Source: an uncultured Collinsella sp.
GTDB lineage: Bacteria > Actinomycetota > Coriobacteriia > Coriobacteriales > Coriobacteriaceae
Reading direction: 5' to 3'
Assembly (NCBI GenBank): GCA_902478995.1
Contig: CABSNF010000001.1
Location: 108 to 64,107 of the forward strand
DNA: 64,000 nt
Shown: positions 1 through 9,391 of the stretch, piece after piece
Numbering within the stretch: position 1 is the stretch's first letter
Layout of the letters: each line of letters begins with the position of its first letter
The notes under the pieces: generated by a model
What the model saw: only the letters and a program-made list of their open reading frames with translations
What the model was told of the DNA's origin: nothing
Databases searched by the model: none
Translations under genes and position numbers: made by a program

Positions 1-194
1 TATGTCCCTCAGTCGCGTCCCTGAGGTTATAACTGAAGCATTGGCTTCTGATATTGGCGATGACCAGCTGTTTTATGTGTATTGAGACATCGGTCATCTC
101 TGGAGCGCTACTTTACTCCAAAGGCATCAGTTATTTGTTTCCCATCGGTAAAAGGCGGGTTTTGTTCGCCAAGCGTTCTTATATATAGCTAGAT

Positions 195-461
195 ACGGGT
201 TCGAACCCGTGCACCGGCAACAAAAAAGCGACCAACCGGAGTTGACCGTCTCAACAATCTTTGGGTGGGCCGTCAGGGGTTCAGCCTGCTTCGCAGGCGG
301 CCGCTGCGGCGCTTTCGCGCCTTGCGCGCTGCGCTGGCAAACGCTCACGCGTTTACTCAGCTCCGCGCCCCGACGGGTTCGAACCCATGAAAGGGCGACA
401 AAAAAGACGGCCAACCGAAGTTGACCGTCTCAACAATCTTTGGGTGGGCCGTCAGGGGTTC
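195..461. repeat. Direct repeat (period 178-179 bp) duplicating the tRNA-Lys 3' end plus its terminator
   Basis: 240-282 is identical to 419-461 (43 bp); the imperfect match extends back to ACGGGTTCGAACCC at 195-208 and 373-386. Confidence 0.9.
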
Positions 462-517
462 GAACCCTGGACCTTGGGATTAAAAGTCCCCTGCTCTGCC
501 AGCTGAGCTAACGGCCC
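445..517 (-). tRNA. tRNA-Lys(TTT)
   Basis: Reverse complement folds as a cloverleaf: GGGCCGT/ACGGCCC acceptor stem, CT-TTT-AA anticodon loop, GGTTCGAACC T-arm; followed by CCCA rather than CCA. Confidence 0.95.
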
Positions 518-545
518 GCGGGTGGCATTGTACCACGGTCTGGGA

Positions 546-1826
546 CTATTCCCAACTCCATTGGCCGTTCTGGAAAATCACAACTTCACGTCCATCAGGC
601 GTAATGCCCGTAATATCGATGTCGTCCGTGCCGATCATAAAATCGACGTGCGTGCTCGAGACGTTAACGCCATGCTCCAGGAGCTCCTCCTTGGACATGT
701 CATACCCACCCTCGATGCATTCGGGGAAACCGACACCTAGCGCGAGATGGCAGCTAGCGTTCTCGTCATAGAGCGTATCGTAGAACAGAACACCACTTTC
801 GCGGATCGGCGTGTTCTTGGAAATGAGCGCGACCTCTCCCAGGTGAGCAGCGCCCTCGTCAGTATCGATGATACTTGCGAGCGTTGCCTTGCCCACGCGG
901 GCGTCGTAGTCCACCACGCGGCCGCCCTCGAACTTAATCCAAAAATCTTCGACCTTATTGCCGTGATGGATGAGCGGCATGGCCGAGTACACGATACCGT
1001 CGGCGCGCATGCGATCGGGCGAAGTGAAGACTTCCTCGGTGGGAATGTTGGGGAAGAAGGGGTGCCCATCGGGCGTCTTGCCCTTGCCGCCGGCCCACTC
1101 GTGACCTTTCGTCATGCCAATCGTCAGATCGGTTCCATTTGCCGCGTTGTAATGCAGGTAGTCGAAACGATTGTCGTTCAGGAAACGCAGGTTCTTTTCG
1201 AATGCGGCGTCATGGAGTTCCCAGTCGCTCTCTGGGTCCTGGCCATCGGCGCGCGCGGTGTGCAGAATCGCATTCCACAGCTTATAGATTGCAACCTCAT
1301 CGGCGTCTCCCGGGAACACTTCGTGCGCCCAAGCCACGACCGGAGCGCCGGCGATGCACCACGGATTGATGTTGTAATCCAGTCCACGGCGGAAAACTTT
1401 GCACTGCGTATTCCTCGCCTTTGATGCCGCGGCCGGCTTGGCTGGATCGATGCCCTTGAGGGCCGCAGGATCCGCACCCTCGATAAAGACAAAGCAGGCA
1501 CCATCCTGGGCCAAGGAATCCAGCTGCATGCGCTTCCACTCGGGCGTCTGCTCAAAATAGCTTTTCTCGACATGCTCGTACGTGAGCCTCGTCACGGCAT
1601 CATCGGCCCAAATGACCGTCACGTGGCCGGCGCCGGCAGCATAGGCCTCCGCGACCACCACGCGCGCAAACGGCGCGCACTCGACCGGAGACTGAACGAC
1701 GACCTCCTGGCCGGGCTTGACGTTTACGCCCTTGCGGACGACCAGGCGCGCGTAGTTTTTAATCTTGGGCTCCAGGGCCTTCATGCCCTCCAGAGCCTCT
1801 TCGACCGTCAGGGCAGCTCGAATCAT
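546..1826 (-). CDS. Aminopeptidase, M29 (AmpS/PepS/aminopeptidase T) family
   Basis: Motifs PNIPTEEVF, LGEVAL, LYDENASCHLALG, STHVDFMIG; GGAG RBS before ATG 1826. Confidence 0.9.
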   Translation of the reverse strand: MIRAALTVEEALEGMKALEPKIKNYARLVVRKGVNVKPGQEVVVQSPVECAPFARVVVAEAYAAGAGHVTVIWADDAVTRLTYEHVEKSYFEQTPEWKRMQLDSLAQDGACFVFIEGADPAALKGIDPAKPAAASKARNTQCKVFRRGLDYNINPWCIAGAPVVAWAHEVFPGDADEVAIYKLWNAILHTARADGQDPESDWELHDAAFEKNLRFLNDNRFDYLHYNAANGTDLTIGMTKGHEWAGGKGKTPDGHPFFPNIPTEEVFTSPDRMRADGIVYSAMPLIHHGNKVEDFWIKFEGGRVVDYDARVGKATLASIIDTDEGAAHLGEVALISKNTPIRESGVLFYDTLYDENASCHLALGVGFPECIEGGYDMSKEELLEHGVNVSSTHVDFMIGTDDIDITGITPDGREVVIFQNGQWSWE

Positions 1827-1915
1827 GTGCCACTCCATCTATCTATAGAACAGTAAAAAGGCGCGCCGCAAAAACGACGCGCCTTATATCTTAGCGATAA
1901 GTATGTATGCAAACG

Positions 1916-2491
1916 CTACTTCTTCTTGGAGTCCTTCTTGTCCTCCTCGGCAGCCGCGCGCTCAATAAGAGCGTTGAGCTTGTTCTCGGACATGCCCTCG
2001 GCCTGCGCGCGGTACATGTTGCGCAAGGGACGAATACGAGCGAAGTCATAGATAAAGTCGCCCAAAATGATGACGTAGGACAAAACAATGCCGACCATCT
2101 GGACAGGGCTGGACACCATGCCAGCGGGAGCGAAGTACAGCGAGGCCCAAATTGCCACGACGAGCACCATGCCAATGGCGAGCACAATCCACCAGATGCG
2201 ACGGCGCTTGGTGTAGTCCTCGTCCTGCTTGAGGAGGATATTCGACACCGTATAGATGCGGTCCTCCTTGGCGCGCTGCTTAGCCTTGCGGGCGCGCTTC
2301 TCCTCTTTAGAGAGGCCCTCGAGGTTCTCGCCCTTCTCGAGCTCTTTGCGGCGTGCCTTAGACGAAGCCGGCACGACGCGAACGGAGCTCGCTGCTTGGC
2401 GGGCGGGCTTAGCAGATGCGGCAGACTTGCGCGCAACCCCGGTAACTTCGTGGGATTGCGTGCGCTTGTTCGTGGCGCTACGGGTACTCAC
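1916..2491 (-). CDS. Hypothetical membrane protein (basic N-terminus, 2 TM helices)
   Basis: ORF abuts the purC stop; two hydrophobic stretches; host-like codon usage. Confidence 0.75.
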   Translation of the reverse strand: MSTRSATNKRTQSHEVTGVARKSAASAKPARQAASSVRVVPASSKARRKELEKGENLEGLSKEEKRARKAKQRAKEDRIYTVSNILLKQDEDYTKRRRIWWIVLAIGMVLVVAIWASLYFAPAGMVSSPVQMVGIVLSYVIILGDFIYDFARIRPLRNMYRAQAEGMSENKLNALIERAAAEEDKKDSKKK

Positions 2492-3379
2492 TTATGCGTT
2501 CTCCTTCATGCTTGTGAACTGGGAGCCCGTGATGATCTGGAAGGCCTCGCGATAGCGCTCGGACGTGCCATCGATGACCTCGGCGGGCAGGTGCGGGGTC
2601 TCCCCCGTCATATCCCAGTTGGCCTTGAGCCAATTGCGGACGAATTGCTTGTCGTAGCTAGGCTGGATCTTGCCCTCCTCGTAGCTGGCAGCAGGCCAGA
2701 AACGGCTGGAGTCGGGCGTGAGACACTCGTCGATCAGCGTGACCTTGCCATCAATAACACCAAACTCGAACTTGGTGTCGGCAATGATGATGCCACGGGT
2801 CGCGGCGTACTCGGCGGCAGCCTTGTAGATCTTGAGGGAAAGGTCACGAATCTGCGTGGCGATGTCCTCGCCCACGATCTCGCAGCAACGCTCGAACGAG
2901 ATGTTCTCGTCGTGGTCACCGATCTCGGCCTTCGTGGACGGCGTGAACAGCGGCTCAGGAAGCTTGGAAGCCTCGGTCAGGCCCTCAGGCAGCTGGATGC
3001 CGCAGACGGTGCCGTTCTCGTCGTAGGTCTTCTTGCCCGAACCGGTCAGATAGCCGCGGACGATGCACTCGATAGGAATCGTCTGGGCCTTCTTAACCAG
3101 CATGGCGCGGCCAGCGAGGTAGTCACGATACTCAGCAAACTCCTCGGGGAAATCCGCCGGGTCGATGGAAACGAGATGGTTGGGGACGATGTCGGCAAAC
3201 TTATCGAACCAGAATGCCGAGATGCGATTGAGTACCTCTCCCTTAAACGGAATCTCGTCGGGAAGAATGAAGTCGAACGCAGAAATGCGGTCGGTGGCGA
3301 CCATCAGCAGGTTTTCACCGGCATCGTAAATATCACGAACCTTGCCACGGGAATCCGGACGACGCTCCATCGTTGTCAC
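2492..3379 (-). CDS. purC: SAICAR synthetase
   Basis: GKVRDIY, DRISAFD, IADTKFEFG, DECLTPDSSRFW, SYDKQFVR; TAAGGAG RBS before GTG 3379. Confidence 0.97.
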   Translation of the reverse strand: MTTMERRPDSRGKVRDIYDAGENLLMVATDRISAFDFILPDEIPFKGEVLNRISAFWFDKFADIVPNHLVSIDPADFPEEFAEYRDYLAGRAMLVKKAQTIPIECIVRGYLTGSGKKTYDENGTVCGIQLPEGLTEASKLPEPLFTPSTKAEIGDHDENISFERCCEIVGEDIATQIRDLSLKIYKAAAEYAATRGIIIADTKFEFGVIDGKVTLIDECLTPDSSRFWPAASYEEGKIQPSYDKQFVRNWLKANWDMTGETPHLPAEVIDGTSERYREAFQIITGSQFTSMKENA

Positions 3380-3488
3380 GTGAGTCACTCCTTACCTAAA
3401 TACGACAGAAATGCGGGTTCCTTCCCGCATGTTTTCGCAAACTCGGAGCGGCAGGGACGCGGCCCCTCCTTCACCGAATAGCGAAAAG

Positions 3489-5054
3489 CTAGTGCTCCAT
3501 TGTAGTAGATGCCGCGTCTGCCGTGTGCTCGCGGGGCAGATGAATTGTAAAAGTCGTACCCTTTCCAAGCTCCGACTCCACGGATATGTAGCCATGGTGA
3601 CGCTCGACGATCTGCTTGGTCACGGCGAGGCCAACGCCCAGGCCGCCAGCTTCGCGGGCGCGGCTGGCATCGGCGCGCCAAAACCGCCCGAAGATGCGCG
3701 ACAAATCGTCCTTGGCAATACCGATGCCGGTATCAGAAACGGCAATGCTGACGTGCTTGCGGTCACTGAGCACCGACACCACGACCCAACCGCCCTCGGG
3801 GGTGTAGCGCATGGCGTTGCTCATGAGGTTGATAACACATTGCGTGATCATGTCCGGATCGGCCTCGACGACATCGTCGTGACCCTGGGTCTCGTCCGCA
3901 AAACGCAGGCGCAGATCGCGGTCGACAAACAGGCGCTCCTGGGCATTAACGATGGAACGCACAAAAGGAACCATGTCCACCGGCTCAAGGTTGAGCGGAG
4001 CCGTGCTGTTTTCCATGCGCGACAGGTCGAGCATCTGCTGCACCAGACGAGCCAGGCGACGCGTCTCGGAAGCAACGGTTTCCAAATGCTCATCGTCGGT
4101 GGGATACACGCCATCCTGCATGGCCTCGACCGTTGCGAGCATGGCCATAAGCGGCGTGCGAAGCTCGTGTGCAACGTCTGAGGTCAGGCGCTTCTCGTGT
4201 TTCATATCCTTCTCGAGCGAAGTGGCCATCTCATCGAAGGTCTCACCCAGCTGATCGATCTCGTCATCACCGCGCAGTCCCGTGCGAGCCGACAGGTCGC
4301 CGTCACGGATTTGCTTTGCGGTACTGGTGATGCGATGAATCGGCTTGGTGAGCATGCGCGACACGAGCGATCCGATAACGACCGAAATGCAGATTGCAAC
4401 AACCGCGGCGAGGGCCATGGCGTTAAAGGTCTTCTCCCTAAACGCAGAGTCCGCCTTGGTGAGCAGAGCGTCGGAGCCGATGGCCCACAGCTTTACCTGT
4501 CCGACATGCTCGCCGGAAGACGTTACAATCTCGACGTTAGCAACGCTATCGGAGTCGGTTGGAGCAGACGAGACCGGGCTATGCGATGCCCTCTTGCCGC
4601 TCGTGTCGTCGGTCGTAGCCTGGTTTTCGCGTACATCGGCGGTGGCGCTTGCCGAGGGCCAGGAATCGTCATAAACGATCACGCCCTTTTTATTGACGAC
4701 CTGCATACCCAGATCGTCGGAAACCAAACTCGACGTTGCGACCGTGCGCAGTTCTCCCGCGGTCCAAGAGCCGTTTTCCTCATATGAGGTTGCCAACTTC
4801 TCGGCAGCGGAATTTGCGATTTCGACGATATTGGAGCGTGTGTAATCCGAAAAGACCGTGCCCCACACAACAGAGACAACGCCCACCAGCACCAATACCG
4901 TCATGAGCGATGTCAGAGCAAAAGCAAGTGCCATGCGCGAGGGATAGCTCATCGTTGGCCGTGAATCGGAACGAGGCGTGTTCCAACTAGCCTTGGAACC
5001 CGCCTCGCTCTCCTGCTTGTGCTTTTGTCCGATTTCAAAGCGCGCAGGTGTCAT
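3489..5054 (-). CDS. HAMP-domain sensor histidine kinase (BaeS-like)
   Basis: 2 TM helices, HAMP, H-box VAHELRTPL, N-box NLMSNAMRY, DTGIGI, GLGVGLA. Confidence 0.95.
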   Translation of the reverse strand: MTPARFEIGQKHKQESEAGSKASWNTPRSDSRPTMSYPSRMALAFALTSLMTVLVLVGVVSVVWGTVFSDYTRSNIVEIANSAAEKLATSYEENGSWTAGELRTVATSSLVSDDLGMQVVNKKGVIVYDDSWPSASATADVRENQATTDDTSGKRASHSPVSSAPTDSDSVANVEIVTSSGEHVGQVKLWAIGSDALLTKADSAFREKTFNAMALAAVVAICISVVIGSLVSRMLTKPIHRITSTAKQIRDGDLSARTGLRGDDEIDQLGETFDEMATSLEKDMKHEKRLTSDVAHELRTPLMAMLATVEAMQDGVYPTDDEHLETVASETRRLARLVQQMLDLSRMENSTAPLNLEPVDMVPFVRSIVNAQERLFVDRDLRLRFADETQGHDDVVEADPDMITQCVINLMSNAMRYTPEGGWVVVSVLSDRKHVSIAVSDTGIGIAKDDLSRIFGRFWRADASRAREAGGLGVGLAVTKQIVERHHGYISVESELGKGTTFTIHLPREHTADAASTTMEH

Positions 5055-5065
5055 ATGTGATTTCC

Positions 5066-5788
5066 CTATTTCTCGTCCGACTTATCGGTCTTGGCCGGAG
5101 CCTCGAAGCGATAGCCGACACCATGGACGGTGTAGAGCCACTTGGGCTTCTTGGGATCATCGCCCAGCTTGGCGCGAAGATTCTTCACGTGGCTATCGAT
5201 GGTGCGCTCATAGCCCTCAAAGTCATACCCGAGCACTTTCTCGACCAGCTCCATGCGGTTATACACACGGCCGGGATGGCGGGCAAGCGTGGTGAGCAGC
5301 TTGAACTCGGAAGCCGTCAGATCGACTTCCTTGCCCTCGACCAAGATCTTGTGGCCCGAGATATCGATGACCAGATCGCCGAAGTCGAGCACCTCGACGG
5401 CGGGCTCGTCGGCCTGATGGGCACGGCGGAACAGAGCACGAACGCGGGCGACGAGCTCGCGCGGCGAGAACGGCTTAATCAGATAGTCATCGGCGCCGAG
5501 CTCAAGACCGATAATACGGTCCTCGATCTCGCCCTTAGCCGTCAGCATGATGATGGGGACATCCGAGGTATCGCGAATGGTGCGGCAAACGCGCTCGCCG
5601 GGAATCTTGGGGAGCATAAGGTCGAGCACGACCAGGTCGAACTGATGCTTCTCGAACTCCTCGATCGCGGACTGACCGTCGCCGACGGCCACAACCCAGT
5701 AGCCTTCGCGCTCGAGATAGGCAGCGACGGCGTCACGGATTGCCTTCTCATCCTCGACCAGCAGAATCTTTTTTGCATCTGAAGCCAT
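5066..5788 (-). CDS. OmpR/PhoB-family response regulator
   Basis: ILLVEDE, LDLMLP, GADDYLIKPFS, RTIDSHVKNLRAKL, TVHGVGYRF. Confidence 0.96.
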   Translation of the reverse strand: MASDAKKILLVEDEKAIRDAVAAYLEREGYWVVAVGDGQSAIEEFEKHQFDLVVLDLMLPKIPGERVCRTIRDTSDVPIIMLTAKGEIEDRIIGLELGADDYLIKPFSPRELVARVRALFRRAHQADEPAVEVLDFGDLVIDISGHKILVEGKEVDLTASEFKLLTTLARHPGRVYNRMELVEKVLGYDFEGYERTIDSHVKNLRAKLGDDPKKPKWLYTVHGVGYRFEAPAKTDKSDEK

Positions 5789-5941
5789 AACACGGCCCCC
5801 CTGTCTCAATTAGCTAAGAACAAGCCCATTTTAACGCACCTGAGCCCGCCGGATGCCGCTATGACGCGGCAGCTCGGCGGGCGGTACTCACAATTACAAC
5901 GCGTTTATTCCCCTGTTGGCGCCTTTTTAACCCCTCTAAGC

Positions 5942-7153
5942 TTAAAGAGAGAATAGGCGTGCAGTGACCGTCTCTGGTATACCCTGGCTGTTGCGCACCG
6001 TGGCGTACGTAAGGAATGAGTCCGACTTTCCCGCCGTAGCTGGATAATCGCCATACTCCAAAGCGCGGTCGGGCGACAGCAGCGAGCCATAGGTCTTGGC
6101 AGAGGTGTCGATCAGGAAATGCGACGCCTGTACCTTAACAAGGTATTTATTCTTCTTGCCAGCCGCACATGCAAGCGGTTCGCGGGACAGGAAGAGATAC
6201 GGCCCTCCCTCATTACCGATATACGTGCCCATGTTGCCCAGGCTGCCCACGCCACTATAGGTCGCCTCGATAGAAAACACGAAGGTATCGCCCATATATA
6301 CGGCCTCGAAAGGCGAGACTGACGAGGGAAGAACTAGCTGGGCACGTTTGGTGTTGTTGCCGTCGGTCAGATCGATTGCCGTTATGCCGTAGTAGACGCC
6401 CTCGTCGTTGCGGACACGCGGCGAGATGGTCAAAATGCCGTCGCTCGCGCGCGGGGCCGATGCAAAGCGGCCCGTCGATTTCCAAATTACCTCGGCCTTG
6501 GATTCATCAAGCGAGCGACGATAGCAAAACGAATCACTACTCGTTTTATTGCCGCCTGCCGAAGGCATTTTATACCAGATGACTGATGACCCGAACGCCG
6601 TGAACAGGGGCGGATCATAGTCCTTGCCACCTCGATCGAGCTCAACCACGTCGCCAGAGAGCGAAGCGCCCGACAGATTTTGAGCGTAGAGCTTCCACGA
6701 TGAATTGGCAAAGTTCATCTCAACCCACGCGAATACGCCGTCGCCGGCACGGACATCGTAGAATGCGTATCCCGTGCCCTCGATAGGATCCTCGATTAAT
6801 GTGGTAAGCGAGCCATCGCCCAGGTTGAGCACGCCGAGTGTGTTGGCGTGCAGTGCCGATGCGGGCGCCATCATCGCCGCGGCGTAATCGCCGTCGCAGT
6901 AGTACAGCAGCGTACCCAGAGGCAGCGTCCACGATGACGCCGGCTCAAGATCGATGTCGACAGCCTCATACTCATCCGTAATCGAGATGATTTTGGAATC
7001 GTCCTTGATAACCTGCGGCTCGCCGGCGGCATCATCGCTGGTACCCGTTTTTTTCGAGCATCCGGCAAGCACCGTGGCAGCGCCCGCGGCAGCCCCACCG
7101 AGTACAAAGCCGCGACGCGATATTCCGTTCTTGATGTGATCGGCGATACCCAT
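5942..7153 (-). CDS. Tat-signal lipoprotein of unknown function
   Basis: SRRGFV twin-arginine motif followed by LAGC lipobox; beta-rich composition. Confidence 0.8.
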   Translation of the reverse strand: MGIADHIKNGISRRGFVLGGAAAGAATVLAGCSKKTGTSDDAAGEPQVIKDDSKIISITDEYEAVDIDLEPASSWTLPLGTLLYYCDGDYAAAMMAPASALHANTLGVLNLGDGSLTTLIEDPIEGTGYAFYDVRAGDGVFAWVEMNFANSSWKLYAQNLSGASLSGDVVELDRGGKDYDPPLFTAFGSSVIWYKMPSAGGNKTSSDSFCYRRSLDESKAEVIWKSTGRFASAPRASDGILTISPRVRNDEGVYYGITAIDLTDGNNTKRAQLVLPSSVSPFEAVYMGDTFVFSIEATYSGVGSLGNMGTYIGNEGGPYLFLSREPLACAAGKKNKYLVKVQASHFLIDTSAKTYGSLLSPDRALEYGDYPATAGKSDSFLTYATVRNSQGIPETVTARLFSL

Positions 7154-7416
7154 TAGGCGATCTCGGCGCGAGCGGCCTCGATAGCGCGCGTAAGCTGGTC
7201 GGCGCAGGAGGTCTTTTTCATACCGCAGGTATTACCGGCGAGAACCTCGATTACGCGATCGGCGGGAGCGCCCTCGACCAGCTTGGAGATAGCCTTGAGA
7301 TTGCCGTCGCAGCCGCCGGTAAACTCAACGCCCACCACCTTGTTGCCGTCATCGGAAAGGTCAAGGTGAATATTGCGAGCACACACGCCCTGAGGCTTGT
7401 AATCAAACGAAATCAT
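7153..7416 (-). CDS. TIGR03905-like TSCPD-domain protein
   Basis: PQGVC, FTGGCDGNLKAI, GNTCG, TSCADQL motifs. Confidence 0.85.
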   Translation of the reverse strand: MISFDYKPQGVCARNIHLDLSDDGNKVVGVEFTGGCDGNLKAISKLVEGAPADRVIEVLAGNTCGMKKTSCADQLTRAIEAARAEIA

Positions 7417-7544
7417 GCGATCCCCTCTCAGAATGTTATTCGAGACGACTATTATCCCCGTCTTTCCCTAAATGCAACGAGGCGCTTTGCCGGCAACACA
7501 CATTACCAGCAAAGCGCCCTAAAAAGCTAACGTTATGCCCGAAC

Positions 7545-8891
7545 CTACTCGAAGCTCAGCTGCTCCAGACGATCAAAGACCGTGTCGATACGGGTGAGGA
7601 AGTCCCACGGATCAAAGATCTCGTCGAGCTTCTCCTGACTGACGGTGCAGCGCGGGTCGGCCTCGAGACGCTCCTTAAAGGTGGGGCCGGAGACACAATC
7701 CTGTACCTCGTGCCAGGTTGCCATAGCGTTCTCCTGCACAATGGCGTACGCGTCCTCGCGGGTGATGCCCGTGTCGACGAGGGCGAGCAGTACCTTGGAA
7801 GAGAAGATGAGGCCGCGGGTCTTATTGAGGTTGGCCATCATGCGGGCGGGATACAGCTGCAGGCCGTCGATAACGCGGATGAGGCACTGGAACATGTGGT
7901 CGAGGGCGATGAAGCTATCGGCCTGGGCGACGCGCTCGGCAGAGGAGTGCGAAATGTCACGCTCGTGCCACAGGGCGACGTTATCGAAGGCAACCTGGGC
8001 GTTGGACTTCACGACGCGCGACAGACCGCAGACTTTCTCCATGGTGATGGGGTTGCGCTTGTGCGGCATGGCTGAGCTGCCCTTTTGGCCCTTACGGAAC
8101 GGCTCCTCGGCCTCGAGCGTATCGGTCTTCTGTAGATTGCGAACCTCGGTAGCGATGCGCTCACAGGTGGCCGCTGTAGTGGCAAGCACGCCGGCAAGGT
8201 AGGCATGGTGATCGCGGCTGATGACCTGCGTGGACAGGGGATCGTGGACCAGGCCCAGGTGCTCGCAGACGTACTCCTCGACGAACGGCTCGATGGAGCT
8301 GTACGTGCCGACAGCGCCCGAGATAGCACCGAAGGCAACATTCTTGCGGGCGTCCTCAAGACGATCCAGATCGCGCTTGAGCTCCCAGGCCCAAGAGCCA
8401 AACTTCATGCCGAAGGTCATCGGCTCGGCATGGATGCCATGAGTACGGCCGGCGCAGAGCGTGTTGCGCTCCTCAAAGGCGCGACGCTTGCAGATCTCGC
8501 CGAGTTTTTTGACGTCCTCGATGATCAGGTCGCAGGCCTGGGTGAGCTGGTAGCACAGGGCCGTGTCGCCCAGATCGGAGCTGGTCATGCCATAGTGAAC
8601 CCAGCGGCTGGGCTTGGGGTCGCCCTCGGGAACATCGGCATCGATGTACTCCTTCATGTTGGTCAGGAAGGCAATGACGTCGTGGCGCGTGACTTCCTCG
8701 ATCTCATCGACCTTCGCCTTCTCAAAGTTGGCATGGTCGCGGATCCACTGGGCCTCGTCTTTGGAAATACCGATCTTGCCGAGCTCCGCCTGGGCCTCGC
8801 AGGCCAAGACCTCGATCTCCTGCCAAATGGCGTACTTGTTCTCGAGGGAGAAAATGTGTCCCATCTCCGGGCGGGTATAGCGATCGATCAT
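7545..8891 (-). CDS. purB: Adenylosuccinate lyase
   Basis: MIDRY start, HDVIAF, GRTHGIHAEP, signature GSSAMPHKRNP, WHERDISHSSAER. Confidence 0.97.
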   Translation of the reverse strand: MIDRYTRPEMGHIFSLENKYAIWQEIEVLACEAQAELGKIGISKDEAQWIRDHANFEKAKVDEIEEVTRHDVIAFLTNMKEYIDADVPEGDPKPSRWVHYGMTSSDLGDTALCYQLTQACDLIIEDVKKLGEICKRRAFEERNTLCAGRTHGIHAEPMTFGMKFGSWAWELKRDLDRLEDARKNVAFGAISGAVGTYSSIEPFVEEYVCEHLGLVHDPLSTQVISRDHHAYLAGVLATTAATCERIATEVRNLQKTDTLEAEEPFRKGQKGSSAMPHKRNPITMEKVCGLSRVVKSNAQVAFDNVALWHERDISHSSAERVAQADSFIALDHMFQCLIRVIDGLQLYPARMMANLNKTRGLIFSSKVLLALVDTGITREDAYAIVQENAMATWHEVQDCVSGPTFKERLEADPRCTVSQEKLDEIFDPWDFLTRIDTVFDRLEQLSFE

Positions 8892-8993
8892 AGCGGCTCC
8901 TTTTTGGTTATTGGCACGTTGGTCGTAACCCATCCATTGTACCGTGCGCAGGTGCAAGTATGGGCAGCAGGCATTAACCTAACATTTTGGAAT

Positions 8994-9334
8994 TGGAGCG
9001 AGCAACGGGACATCTGCGCATTTGCTTCGCAAATCCGCACCGGCTTCAGGCGAGCCCCTCAGCCTCACGAAGCCGCGGGGGAAGACTTTGTTGAATTGGC
9101 CGTCCCCATGTCTCCCGCACTCGATGGAGCGGGCAACGGGACATCCGCGTATTTGCTTCGCAAATCCGCACCGGCTTCAGGCGCCTGTCGGCGCCTTCGC
9201 CTGCTCGCTACAAACGCTTCGCGTTTGCTTTACGCTCGCACCCTGTCGGGTTCGAGTCCCGGCGCTTTATTGAAAAAAGCACGGCACCGTAATGGTGCCG
9301 TGCTTGTGCTTCTAGCTGGAGCGGGCAACGGGAC
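8994..9334. repeat. Two extra copies of the tRNA-Gly 3' end embedded in a 59-bp direct repeat
   Basis: 8994-9052 vs 9125-9183 differ at 3 positions; their first 18 bp match tRNA 9317-9334 (TGGAGCGGGCAACGGGAC; one mismatch in the 8994 copy). Confidence 0.9.
9273..9305 (-). terminator. Intrinsic terminator of tRNA-Gly
   Basis: AAAAAAGCACGGCACC-GTAAT-GGTGCCGTGCTT hairpin with U-tract on the minus strand. Confidence 0.85.
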
Positions 9335-9391
9335 TCGAACCCGCGAGTGTCAGCTTGGGAAGCTGATGCCTTACCACTTGGCGATGCCCGC
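9317..9391 (-). tRNA. tRNA-Gly(CCC)
   Basis: GCGGGCA/TGCCCGC acceptor stem, TCAGC-TT-CCC-AA-GCTGA anticodon arm, encoded TCCA end. Confidence 0.96.
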
